A stretch of 64,000 nt of DNA, taken from contig OZ218965.1 in assembly GCA_965112735.1 (NCBI GenBank), positions 1 through 64,000 of the forward strand. The letters run 5' to 3'. This DNA comes from Phaeosaccion multiseriatum (taxonomy: Eukaryota; Protista; Ochrophyta, other classes). Positions 48,801 through 61,469 of this stretch are shown here, piece after piece. The position numbers and the translations under genes are program-made. The first letter of the stretch is position 1; each line of letters starts with the position of its first letter. The notes under the pieces were generated by a model, which did not search any database, was not told where the DNA came from, and saw only the letters and a program-made list of their open reading frames with translations.

Positions 48801-51302
48801 CTTTTGCGGGGCGGAGGTGGAGGTGAGTGAGTGGAGAGAGAGAGAAGGGGAGTGGGACGTCGGATGTGCTCGATTCGGGCCTTCCTCTCTCTCTCTTTGA
48901 TCTCTCCCTCTTCCTCTCCCTCTCTCTCTTTGTTTCCCTCTCTCTCCCTCTCCCCCTTTACGTCTCATCTACTGGTCCTGACAATCCCTACCCCGCGCTG
49001 TTGTTCCCTTGCGCTGCTCTTTCTTCCCTTGCGGTGTTCTGTGCTCCCTTGGGATGTTCTGTGGCAGGTCCCGTCCCTGCCCCCCGGGGGTGACGCGAAT
49101 GGCGATACGAGTGCCCCCTCGGGTGGTGTGTCTGTCTCTTCCGCCCCCCCCCCCACCGCCCCTCGCTCCTCCTCCATGCTCGCTGTGGACCTGGAGCAGG
49201 TCAGGAGGGAATCAAACAAAGCGTCCAGTTTGCGCTTGAGGCCGTCCCCCGGGGGGACAGGAGCAGGCTCGTCCCCCGCCAGGCATATGGGCATAGGGCA
49301 CGAGGGGCCTTTGCCTTTGATCATCATTGACGCTCCGAACGTCGCCATGCGGCATGGGCTCAAGAAGCGGTAAGCCTGGCAGTACTTATATGTGTTTGTG
49401 TTTGTAGGAGCGTGCTTTTGGCTTCTCTGTGTAATGTGTAATGGAGTGGGTGTGCTTTTGGCTTCTCCTCGGAGTTGTTTGGGCGAAGGGAAAAGGAAGA
49501 GAGCACAATCGGATCATGTGTGCCCTGACAATTCCTTGAATTCCTTCCTTACTGACTGAGTGAGGCATGTTTGCTTGCATACAGACAACCAACCAACAAC
49601 ACCAAACGTTATGTATGAACGGTCGACCGAATGGTTGTTTAACGGAATGAATGCTCCTCTACGGAACATTCTATGTTTTGTTTCCCAGATTCTCTTCCGA
49701 AGGGGTCCGCCTGGCGCTCGAGTTCTTCCGCACCGCCGGACACAGGGTTCTGGGCTTCCTGCCGGGTGAGAGTCAGAGAGATAGCTTAGAGGTATACGGG
49801 TAGGAACATGGGCCATGCGTGTCGCCCCATCCCGTGTGCCTGCGTGCCCCATACGCCTCTAATCGAATCCTTCCCTCCCGCTCCATACGCCTCTATCATG
49901 TGACCCCTGCCCAGACTATTACATGGACCAGGAGCGTCGCAATGGGCTCGTGCGTGCGCAGAAGCTCGGGCTTGGGCAGGTGCGGCCGTCGCAAGTGCCT
50001 GACGACTGTGCCTTGCTGCAGGTAAGCGGCAGTGAGGGGGGGGGGGAGAAGGGACGGGGGGGCGGAGGGAGGGAGGGAGGGAGGGAGACAGAGGGGGAGT
50101 AAGGAAGGGGGACCTACGTCACATGGGACTTGCTCGAACTCTGACTCTGTTTTACCCCCCACTGTCCTACCCGTATGCCTGTACCATGCCCTGTCCACCC
50201 CATCCGCTGCCATCCCTTCAGGCCCTGGTGGACGAGGGGCTGCTCATCGCCACTCCTGCCCAGGACTACGACGACAGGTAGGGATGGATGGCAGTGGATG
50301 GCTTGCAGAGGGGATCTGCCCTTCACTGACTGACTGTCGTGAGCAGTCCACGGCAGCTCACCAGTTGGCCTCTGCTACCCTCTCAAAGAAGGGACAATTC
50401 TTTTCTTGTATTTGGCCTAGCCACTGACCAAATGTCCGCTTCTATTGGCTCTGGGCCCAAATCATTGCCTTATCCTTTGCATTACAATCACAGCTACTGC
50501 ATCAAGTACGCAAGGGGCCACGGGGGCTATGTCGTTAGCAACGACATGTACAGGTAACGAAAGGACCTGTTGGTGATACAGTGGCACAGAGAGGCCAGAG
50601 AGGAGGGGCACATGGGGAGGGTAGGGGTGGACGCAGGAGGGGAGGGAGGGTTAGTGGTGGAGTTAGCGGTGGGGCTTTCGTCATTGAGTTTGTGATACGT
50701 TTCTCTTGCTCTGATCTCATCCAGTGCTGCCTCCTCCCCGCCTGGAATGGGTGTCCGGCGCTGTTGGTGGTTGGCGACGACTCATTGCGACCCTTCCTCC
50801 CTTCCTTCTCAGAGACCATGTGAAGGGCATCGAGGAGCGAAAGGCTCGCGCCTCTGCAGCCAAGTGGATTAAGACACACGTCATCAGCTTCACTTTCGTG
50901 CAGTCGGAGTTCATGCCCAACCCGTGAGTGTGTTGCATCGCTTGGGTCTGGGCCCGGGTCTGGTCTGAGCTTGGGCTGCATCGCATGGGGAAAGAGGAGG
51001 GGGCCCCCCTTCCTCCCCCAATTGATGCTGGCCCTCCCCATCGCTGGTTGAAGCTTTAGATGCTACTTGATGTCAGGAGGGCGGGGCTGTTGCTGCAGGG
51101 TCAGCAAGGCGTTGCTTGCACGGTCACTGACGCCTCTCTCCTTCTCTCCATCCCTCTCCTCTCGCTCTCCCTCCCTTCCCCCTCCCTTTCTCTCTCTCCT
51201 CTTGTCTTCCTCCTCCCTCTTCTCCCTGTTCGCTCTCTTGTCTCCCCTCATCACGCCCCCTTTGCTTTGTACAACAGCGACTTCTCCTTTGGCAAGGGTT
51301 GA
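41528..51302 (+). CDS. EST1/SMG6-like protein with C-terminal Regnase/Zc3h12a-type NYN ribonuclease domain
   Basis: About 13 exons. Long disordered N-terminus; EST1 TPR motifs RLWMVYY, NLGDLQRYR, AEALYREAFLIAPARGKAWSQLAVLA..HHFLRAM, DNL, FCDWL, LREDVEMQGFPPL; CxxC..CxxC ribbon; NYN motifs IIIDAPNVAMRHG, FSSEGVRLALEFF..GH, TPAQDYDDSY, VVSNDMYRD, FTFV..FMPNPDF. One frameshift in the G-run 43606-43617. Confidence 0.88.
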
Positions 51303-52697
51303 GCCTAAAGGGTTGAGCAAATGTACGCAAGCAAGGCATGCTTGAGCCTAGCCTCTCTGCGCAAGGAAGGCATGGACCGAAGTCACTTCTTTCTCTCTCT
51401 CTCTCTCGCAGGGCAGACATGAGACATGAGGCAATGGTGACGAAATGACACGAGGCAGGCCGTAGTGCCGCACACTCACCATGGACTTGTATGGCCTGGT
51501 CTCGCCTCGCGCTTGGTCGACCTGTGCATTGCCATCCATCCACTGCCATCCACGGCCATCAACGGCGGAGAGGAAGGTTTTCGGATCGCTCGTAGGGGTA
51601 CCGCTGCGTCCACCACCGGGAGAGGGGGGGTGTGGAGGGAAGGCAGTGGATGGCAGCAGATGCCCGCTTGCGTCGGTGAGGCCCACACAGGAGAGGGGCA
51701 GAGGAGTGCAGGAAGGGGAAGGGCGCTCCGGACTAGAGACATGCACACTTTGGGCACAGAGACAAGCGCAGCACGCGCACGCCATGCGGCATCAGCAGAT
51801 CGTCACACCTACATGCTTCAGAGCAGATCGTCACACCTACATGCTTCAGAGCTTCAGCGTGTCTATGTCTCGAAGAGGGGGAGGGAAGCGAAGCCGAGAA
51901 ATGTACCTGCTTCAGAGATTCAGAGGCGTTTTGGAAGCGAAGCAGAGATATGTACTCGTAAGGGAGGGAACAGTGCAGTGCAGAGGCCACGGACGGGGAA
52001 GGGCCACGCCACACACACACACACACGCACGCAGGGAAGAAGGAAGCCGGCACAGGCCTGGAGGGGTCGAGCTCACGCAGGGGGGCTGGGGCTAAGCTCG
52101 ATGCCCCCCCCCCCCATCAGAGCAATTAGTGCAGTGTTCTGTCCTGACGCCAAGTACAGCGTGGTGCGAAGGAGTGAAGTGAAGCGACGAAGCGAAGCGC
52201 GTGTAAGTCACAGTTGGCGCAGTCATGGGCGCCGCACGCGCCTTCCGGCAATGTATTGGGAGTGCAGGGTCAGAGCAGAGGCCGTATCACCAACTCCTCC
52301 GTTCCACAAGAGGGAGGCCCTCTGTATCACCAACTGCTTGACATGATCTGTCAACGGATCCTATTGGCCGATAGAGGACACATGCTTGAGTGGCACAGTG
52401 CGAGAGTGGAGGAAGTAGGGAGAGAGCGGAGCAGGGCGGGGAAGTCCACCGGGCTTGTCGGCTGCGACAGCAGCGCAGCAGCAGCAGTTGGTGATACAGA
52501 AGACGCATCGGCAGATGGTGATACAGCGCACACCTCTTCTCGGCCGAAGCCCAGGGGGGCCGTCCCCTCCTGGGGGGGCGAGGGAGAGGGCTCGTTTCCT
52601 GTATGGCCGACTTCCTCGTGCTCACTGCACTCTGTATTTGATTTTTTAATATATATACAACACCCACACTGCAGCTCTCATGGTCCCTGCTCACTTG

Positions 52698-55600
52698 CTA
52701 CTGCTGGGCGGCGCGTAGGGCCGTTGCTATCTTCTCCCGTCGGGCCTGAGAGGATTGTTGTAGGGAGGAAGCATGGCAGACCAGAGCCGAGCCGAGAGCC
52801 GAGCCGAGCAGAGCACAGGAGTGAGTGCACATCAGATCATTTAGGGAGATGGAAAAGGCCACACAGGGGGGCACTTGGTGTCAGAGGGTTAGGGTTAGTA
52901 CTTGATGTCAGAGGGTTAGGGTTAGTACTTGGTGTCAGAGGGTTAGGGTTAGTGTTAAGCCCTCTCCCCTTGCACACTCCCCACCCTTGGCGTGTCAAAA
53001 GCAATCCCTCGCTTGTGTTGTGTAGAGGACTTTGCTTTGCTTTGCTTTTGCTTCTGTACTATAAAGGCTTCTGCTGCACCCCCACTCTCACACTCTCCCT
53101 CCACCCTCAACGCCGCCCTCACTCCATCTCCGGGCATACGGGCACGGGTACTGACCTTGCACCTTTTGAGGTCCTCCCCCCCCCCCGCGAGGGGCAAGAG
53201 CTCATCTGTCCATCGCCTTGCCTCCAAGAGACGCCCCACCTCCAAGCACGTCAGGCCCTGATGGCACATGATGGCACATGATGGGACATGATGGGACATG
53301 CCCCAGAGGCAGGTGGGGGTGTAGAGAGAGGGGGGAGGGAGGGAGGGGAGGGAGGGAAGGAGGGAGAAAGAGTGGGAGGGAGGAGGGAGGGAAGGAGGGA
53401 GGGAGGGAGGGAGGGAGAGAGGGAGAGAGAGAGGGAGGGAGGGAGGGAGGGAGAGTGGGAGGGAGGAGGGAGGGAGGGAGGGAGAGAAAGGCAGTCGGAG
53501 AGAGGGGGGTAGAGAGAGAGGGAGAGACAGCCAGAGAGCCACAGCAGGCAGTCAGTCGGGAAGGACAGTTGGAAAGGGCAATCTTGATGATGACACCAGA
53601 GAGACCCAACGGGGCACAGCACCCAGACAGGGGGGCGAAGAGCAAGCCAGGTATATGGGTAACACGCCAGGCATGTGGGCAGAGCATTCAACAGAGACGC
53701 ACCCCCCTCAACCCTCTCCCCTCACCAGAGCGTTGAGCATCTTAATCTGGGTGTCTGAGTCCCTGAGTCTCCTCGCCAGGGCCAGACACGCAGTGTAGTA
53801 CTCCACCGCCAGCTGTGATTTCCCCAGGCGCTTGCTCACTGTGCCGAGATTTCCGAGGGCCCTGACCTCGAGGGCCGCCCATCCTCCACAACGGGCAAGG
53901 CACAGCGCAGAGGAGAACAGGGAGGCAGCCTCCTGCGAGGCACAGAGTAGAGGGAAGAGGGGGGGATGGCAGTGGATGGGGAGGTAGAGGGAAGAGGGGG
54001 GGATGGCAGTGGATGGGGAGGTGCGAGCGCGTGAGTGGATCGACTCCCACAGGAAGGCCCTTCCCTTGGCTCTTTGCAGTGGCCCCTCTGAGGCACTTTC
54101 CCCCTCATGCCTCCCCATCGACTGCCATCCACTGCCATCCCTCCCCTCGTCTGACCTTGATAGAGTCGGTGGTGTTGAGGTTGAAAAGGGCGTTGGCCTT
54201 ATCGATGGAGGCGCCGACCGACAGAGGGGTCAGGGAGGGGGGGGTTACGGCAGAGGCAAAGGCTGCAGTGGGCAGAGGAGGAGGAGGGGGGTGGCAGAGG
54301 ATGGGGACGGGGAGGAGAGAGGAACGGAGGGAGACAAGAGAGAGAGAGAGACAGGCAGGGAGAGATGAGGGGAGGGATGAGAGAGGGAGAGAGAGGGAGA
54401 GACAGACAGAGAGACAGACAGAGAGAGGAAGAGGAGAGAGAGAGAGGAGGAGAGAGAATGAGAGACAGGGGCAGAAGGGGGGGGGAAGGGGCGAGGCGGA
54501 GAGTGATGATGGATCCTCATCCCCCCCATCCACTGCCATCCTCCATCTGAGAGACACCTCCCTCTCCTCACCCTTGAAGCCGAGGAGATGCTCTCTGAGC
54601 TTTGCTCGGTCGTCGCCATCTGCAGTCGCCGCCATGAGCTCGGAGAAATGCAGGCGGATCTTGCCATCCCACAGTGGAGCCTGCCCGCCTGCTGAATCAC
54701 CAACTGCTGCTGTATCACCAACGGCTACTGTAGGATTGACCACTGTGTCACCACCTGCTGCTGGTGGCGGTGCTGCTGGTGGTGCTGCTGGTGCTGCCAT
54801 TAGAGGAGGTGGGTGAAGGTGTTCAGTTTCTCCTCCTCCCCCTGGTCCACACAGAGGAGTACCTCCCCTCCACTGCCCCCTCTCCTGCCTTTCTCCCTCT
54901 GTGGCTGCTGCGTTGGCGGCCTCACAACCGTCACAAGTGTCACAACTTGCTGCGGCTCTCTCTGTGTAGCAGAGCACCAACTGCAGGTGCGCGTGCCTCT
55001 TGAGGACGGCACAGCGGTGGGCATACGCGTCCCCATCCACTGCCATCCCCATCCCCATCTCCCCTCCGCTCCCCCATCCACTGCCATCCCCTCTCCCCTC
55101 CGCCCCCTCCAACGCGCGGAGCGCCAGCAGGAAGGCCTCCTCTGCCGCTTTGGAAAGCGCACCGCACCTTCGCGTGAGTACGTCCCCCCTCAGTCGCCAG
55201 GCCTTGGCCTCGAGGAGCACCACGTCACGCTTATCCTCGTAGCGAGAGGTCACAATTGGCGCAGCTTTGAGAGGAGACAACAACGTGGCTAGGGACGGCT
55301 TGAGGGGAAGGAGCCCCTCGGTTGTGCCATCTGTGACTTTGCTGCTGCTCAAAGTGTCAGGAACGCTTCTGCTGCTACTACTGCTACTGCTGCCGCTGGC
55401 CTTACTGCTCCTACTCCTGCTGCTGGTCTCACTACTGCTACTGCTACCACCCTCAATACTACTGGTGCTAACGCTACTGTCCTTACTGCTGCTGCCCTTT
55501 TCGTTCTCCAATGCGACGGCCGCGCGGATAGCGGTGAGCGCGCGGTGCAGCAGCTGCAGAGGCTCCTCCCCCTCCTCCTCCTCCCTGTTTTTCTCCTGCC

Positions 55601-57107
55601 ATCTGCGACGTCGCTGTAGCCACTCCTCCTCCTCCTCCTCCTCTCTCTGCTGCTGCTGCTGCTCCTCACTTGCCGCTACTCCTCCTGCTGCTGAAGCTGC
55701 TGCTGTATCATCAGCTGTGGCCCCCGCTGCTGCTGCTGCTGCTGCTGTATCACCAGCTGCGACCCCTGCTGCAGTATCACCAACTGTTCTACCTACAACT
55801 GCTGTACCACCAACCGCGTGCAGGGCCTGTGCCCTCGAGAGGAGCGCCTTGGCCTGCTTAAGCAGTGCTGCGCGAGGCGTATCACCAACTGCTGTATAAC
55901 CACCAGCGTCCCCCTTCCCACCATCCCCCCCCCCCTCATGGCCGTCCTTCTCGTCCTCCTTCTCCCCCTCACGACCCTCCTTGTCCTCCTCCTCCTTGAC
56001 CCGTTGGAGGGTCGTCCCAATGGAGGAAAAGCTGTCGCTGCGGTCATGCCCCGACGTCCCCTCTGTCCTCCGCCGCACACCTCCTGCCCCCCCTGCCCCT
56101 CGCCCTGGGCCTCCTCCATGAGGCCGGGCCCCTCCTCCCTTCCCTCCGGGCTGCTCCGTCATTCCCTCGTCCCTGAGGCGGGAAGGGAGGCGGGAAGGGG
56201 GAGGCACGGGCCACCGCAGCACACCCGCGTTGCCCTCCACGAAAGCCTGCAGACTGACGTAGGTTGGCGACGACGGTGCAGAGGAATAAGAGGAGGAGGA
56301 GGAGGAGGAGGAAGAGGAAGTGGAGTGTGGACCGCTTGAGGACAGTCGAGCGCCTCGGGCCTGACGACCTGTGGAGCGTGCGCTGCGTGAGTGTGCTGCG
56401 CTACGTGAGTGTGGGTGCGTGTGACTGAAGCCCTCCACCCCGAGGTTGTGTACCAGGGTGTGCCTGACGGAGGAGTCAAAGGGGTCGACGTAGCTGAGCC
56501 CGAAGGCCGTCTTGACGCTACCGTAGCGCATGAGGAAGCTTCCTGGGCTCGCTCCCACGAGGAGGTGTTCCGCGTCTTGGCGAGAGAGGTGTCCGTGGAA
56601 CCAAGCGTGCACCTTTCCGTTGTTCGGGTCCAGCACAGAGGCTCTGGCCTTGGCGAGACACTCGGAGACGGGGTACACGGGCCCGAAGCGGCCCACAAAG
56701 TTTTGGAAGTCGCTCAGCTGACAGATGGGGGCGGCGGCTGAGGGGGGGGGTGCTGCGGCTGCATGGCCCGAGGAGGGGGGTTGGGGGGGTGCCTCTCCCG
56801 TGCTCCCACCGCCCGGCGTAACCACACCGCCCATGACGCTATAGCGCAGCACGAGCTCCAGCGGCGCCGCTGCTTGTGCAGAAGACAAGAAGGAGGGCAG
56901 CGAGGTCGCGGCCAGGGCCCTGTCCGCCTTCTCGACCGAGTCCATGTAGGACACGAGCTTGTCCCACGGCACAGAGGCTCGACCAGGGAAGGCTGCTTGC
57001 CTGTCGGGAGTAGCATTGGACGAAAGGAGGTAAAAATAAGCATAAGGAGGGAAGGGTATCTCGTATCTGATATCTCACCAGAAGGTCAGCGTGAAGTCTT
57101 CCTCCAT
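52698..57107 (-). CDS. SH2-domain + TPR protein
   Basis: About 6 exons. MEEDFTLTFW|QAAFPGRASVPWDKL; DFQNFVGRFGP; SH2 AWFHGHLSRQDAEHLLVGASPGSFLMRYGS..FGLSYV..VRHTLV; C-terminal TPRs (EVRALGNLGTVSKRLGKSQLAVEYYTACLALAR); last exon ARREKIATALRAAQQ*. Confidence 0.85.
52873..52953. repeat. 27-bp x3 tandem repeat containing interstitial telomere motif (GGGTTA)2
   Basis: ACTTGGTGTCAGAGGGTTAGGGTTAGT x3 in the last intron of the SH2-TPR gene. Another (GGGTTA)2-3 lies at ~63433. Confidence 0.85.
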
Positions 57108-57370
57108 CAACACCCTCTTCAAAATACGCCCGAGTTGCTGCTACTGCTGCTACTTCAATTTGGATGATGATGATGGCGATGGTGGTGACGATATTGAGGT
57201 GGAGAATCGCGGCATTTTGCCTTGCAAAGGCTTTTCCGCATGGCTTTGAAGAGTTCGTGATCTCTCGCAGAAGAAATTGATGAGAAAAATGAAGTGGGCA
57301 GATCGCGTGTTGGTAATTCAATTATTGGAGCACAGATGGCAAGCACATTGCGTGAAAACCTGCGTTGTTC

Positions 57371-58266
57371 ATGATGATTAACACCACCTCCACTCTGCTC
57401 CTCGTTGCGGTGGCGATTGCCGCCTGCAGCCAGTGTAGCCATGCCTTTTCTGTCGCCCCTGCTGGCCTTGGAGGAATAGAAGGAAGAAAAGCAAAGCTTA
57501 CGGCAAAACACTCCGCCACCGAGGGGGCAGGACCACAAGAAGCAGTCCCAGCATCAGCAGCGGCAGCATCAGCGCCTCAGCCGCAGACGAGAAGGCAGTT
57601 GCTTTCGCAGTCCGCGTCTGGGGTGGGGCTGGCGGGGCTGTTGGGCCTCTCAGTCGGGATGGGAGGAGCGACACCGACCTTGGCCCTCATGTCTGCTGAC
57701 AAACCCAAGAAGGCCAGGGGCACGAAGGAGAAGGTGCAGACACCGGAGGAGTGTATCAAGGAGTGCGAGAAGGAATGCAACGCAGCGGCGCCAGGTGAGG
57801 AACTAGTGAATGCTTTGTTTCCTCTCTCTCTCTCCTTGCAAATTGGAAGCCCTTTCCCCTCTGGGAGGAAAGGGCCTGGTATGTGTCTGCAATATCCATG
57901 GAAGGAAGGAAGGAAGGAAGAGCGGGGGGGGCTGTGACTTCACATTGTATCTCTTTGTGTCTGAACAACACAATCTCGCTGCCGTCCGCTGTGCGAGTGC
58001 TGAGACTCAGCTTGCTGATGCTCGGAGACCACCACACACACACACACTCACACGTACATACACACCAATCGCACAAGCACGGACGCACACACACACGACG
58101 CGCACATATACACAATACACGCAGAACCACAGGCCCACACACCCGTAGCTGCCCGGCTTCTCTGGGCTGCCCATACGCCTCCCCTCTGCCCTGCCCATAT
58201 GCCTCTCGCCCCCCTTTGGCTCATCTGGCCCTACCCATGCGCCTGACGCCACCCGCGTGTGTACTC

Positions 58267-58300
<34 letters not shown>

Positions 58301-58568
58301 ATGTGTGTGTGTGTGCGTGCCTCTCTCGGGCTGTGACCTGGCCCTGCCCCCACGCCCACCCATCTGTGACTGCTACCACCTGTGACTGTTGCCAATCTGC
58401 GACTGCTGCCACCTGTGACTGCTGTGGCCACCATCACAACCAGGCAACGCGGAGTACTGCTCGGAGCAATGCATCGACTTCTGCAACAGCAAGCCCAAGG
58501 AGGGCGCCAAAGAGGACCTCACCGGCATGGGGGCCTACGACGATGACCAACCTGCAGCTAACAAGTGA
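57371..58568 (+). CDS. Small Cys-rich protein with tripartite (ER-plastid-Tat lumen) leader
   Basis: Exons 57371-57794 and 58444-58568 in phase. Signal peptide ..CSHA-FSV; twin-Arg TRRQLL + hydrophobic stretch + TLA; mature region CIKECEKECNAAAPGNAEYCSEQCIDFC. Confidence 0.8.
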
Positions 58569-58847
58569 CCATGACCTGACAACTGACCACTAGTGTGTGG
58601 CTAGTGTGGGGTATCAGGGTGGCGTATAATCCAATTAGCGGGCAGCTCCTTTCGGGCCAGCCATTGGTTCTTTATATATAATCTGAAACTCAAACTGAAA
58701 GTGAAACTGCATGACGCCCGCGTCGATTGCTCTGGCACTGGCCACGGTGTGCACTCTCGGGAAGCATCCCAAGAAGGATCAAGAAGCAGTTACAGAAGGA
58801 TCAAGAAGCAGCTAGTGGGCCTATGGGCCGCTGGTGCTGCTTATGGT

Positions 58848-58878
<31 letters not shown>

Positions 58879-61433
58879 CTGCTGCTGTATCACCACCTGC
58901 TGGTTGTGTACCACAACAATGGAAATCACTCAACATGTTCCCTTAGCATTGCCGCTCTCCTTTTTAGCAATTGATTGCCACTCTCATTATGCAGCAACTG
59001 AGTGGAAGAGGGAGAAGAGAGAGAGACTAACGACAGGAGGAGAGGGCGGCCATGTATTGCCTTCCATTCTTTCCAAGCGAGGGAGTGCTGGGTGCTCTGT
59101 AATTAGTGCTCTGCCATTCGTGCTCTGCACCTGATCAGTCACCATGTGGTGCCATCTGCCTACTGCTGTAGACACTGTGTGCGTGCGTGTGTGTGTGCGT
59201 GTGTGTGTGCGTGTGTTCGCGTGTGTGTGCGCGCGTTGTATCTCAATGAGCAGGCCGCTGATCCCCACCCCCCTCTCCCCCCCTGCCCTGGAGAGCTCTC
59301 GAACCAAACCGAGACGTGGGCAGTGACGTGGTCTGTGACGTCACGAGTCGCGAGGATGGTACGGCCTTTTGCCCAAGTGGTCCTCATCCTTGTAACAGCA
59401 GCAGCAGCAATAGCAGTTGGTGATACTGCTGTGTCCATCTCCAAGGCGGAGGGGAAAAGGCGAGGGAGGCGAGCAGTTGCTCCGTCCGGTGGGTGTCCTA
59501 GCTACGTCTCCATGGGTAGCCTTCCTTCGCCTCCACGTCCGTGCCTTCGGGGATGCATATTCTTACGCCCTCGCTTCACAAATACAACACACAACTACTG
59601 CTACCACTTTCTGAGCAAACTCTTGGTGTGTGTGATAGTTGGTACAACATCAACAACTACTAGACCACACCACTTTCTCCACCTCCACCACTACTACCGC
59701 TGCTGCTGCTGCTGCTGCTGTGGAGCCCCGCTCGCCCTCCTCTCGCCGCTCGCCTCGCTCCCTCGCCTAGCTACAGCAGTCCAGAGTATAGTGTGATACA
59801 GCGGTCAGAGTAGTCCAGCACATGTAGCTACAGCAGTCCACAATATTCAACACACACTCTCCCTTTCTTCTCTGCCTCCAAGTCAAGCCCTTCCGAGCCT
59901 GCCACCCTCGCTCCAGCAGGGTGTGCCTCCCGCTGGCATTTGGCCCCTCGAGATGGACAAGAAACTCACAGACAGACTTGGAACAGGGCTTCACCAACAC
60001 GACACTGCTGTTCACTGCTGTTCCTCTCCTTGACAGATGCTCGAACTGCTCGAACAGGGACAGACTTGTCAACGAACTCCTCTCAAAGGGGACGTTGGTC
60101 GCTGCCACGTTCCATACAGTACCCGGCAAGATTCTGAGCCTCGGAGGTTGCATACCCCGTCTCGAATGCTCGAGTGTTGGATACCCCGTCTCGTCTCAAT
60201 TTGACTTAGCTTGGACTAGACAACTTCATTCTTGTCAGCGTTGTGACCATGACGTTAACGTACTCCTTCTGCTGGGCCTTGTCCTCCTCTTGCTGCTGCT
60301 GCTGCTCCTCTGGCTTCTCCGTCTCTCCCTCCTCCTCCTCCTCCTCCTCCTCCTCCTCCTCCTCATCATCATCATCCTGTTCCTCTTCCCCGCTCCCCTG
60401 CTCCATCCCCTGGTCCTTCTCCTCGGCCTCCTCCTCCTCCTCCTGCTCCATGTCAAGAATCGGATGGAGGGACGCAGAACTGCCTGTAGCAAAGATTGGT
60501 CTGGCCCTTTCCATGACTGAGGGAGGGAGGGAAGCCGTAGCAGATAAGAGACCGATGGACCAATGCCCAAGCAAGAGAGCCTGGCACGCAGTAGGAATCT
60601 ATAGCAGATAGAGAGAGGGTGCGTCTGTGCATCACTCGCTCGGCTGGCTGGGCTCTCTTTGGGGCTCTCGTGGCTTGCCCGTATGCCCGTATGTGCGGCC
60701 TTGTGTCTTTGGGCTCTCTCCTCTGTTGGCTCTCTCTGCGGCTCTGTGACCTCACGCTTTGCTGTACCACGTGCCCACTGCTGTATCACCAACTGCTGCA
60801 CTGCCCCTGCCCACTGACTTCTGTCTGCCAGTCTGTCAGAGGCCTCGCACACTCCCATCGGCCCCAAGCCGAGCCCTCCAAACTTGGATGGCACCAGATG
60901 GGCGTTGTCTCCGCTCAGAGAGAGTCATACGCCTCTTTCTCTTGTGCGCGTGCTTGTGAGACCGGTGGATGCTCAGGCGGGTCCAGGTACCAACAGAGGT
61001 ACCAACAGGGCTGCGGTGGATGGAGGAGAGAAGAGGGCAGCGATGGATGGAGGAGAGAGAACGGAGGGAGAGAAAGAGAGGAGAGAGAGATACAGACAGA
61101 AAGTGAGAAACAGAGAGAAAGGAAGACGGGTTGAGAGGTGTCCGGGGGCAGTCGAAAGGACAGAACAAGAGAGGATACAGCGCCACTGGAAGTGTACCAA
61201 CATACCTGAGGGAGTTCGTGACACAGAAGAACGGAGGGAGGGAGGGAGGGAGGGAGGGAAGGAGAGAGTGAGGGAGGGAAGGGCAGCAAGTCTTTCAGCT
61301 TTCGCGAGCGATTGACCACACGAACACATGCACACATGCACACACGCGCGTACACACATACACACTACAAAAATACACCCTATTACACAAACACGTGCGA
61401 ATACACTCACAAGCACACACACACACACAGACG

Positions 61434-61468
<35 letters not shown>

Positions 61469-61469
61469 C

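Noticed and set aside
59330-59445. SET-domain-like start (AKGRTILATRDV)
   Set aside because: No downstream SET motifs (NHSC, ELxxxY) found.
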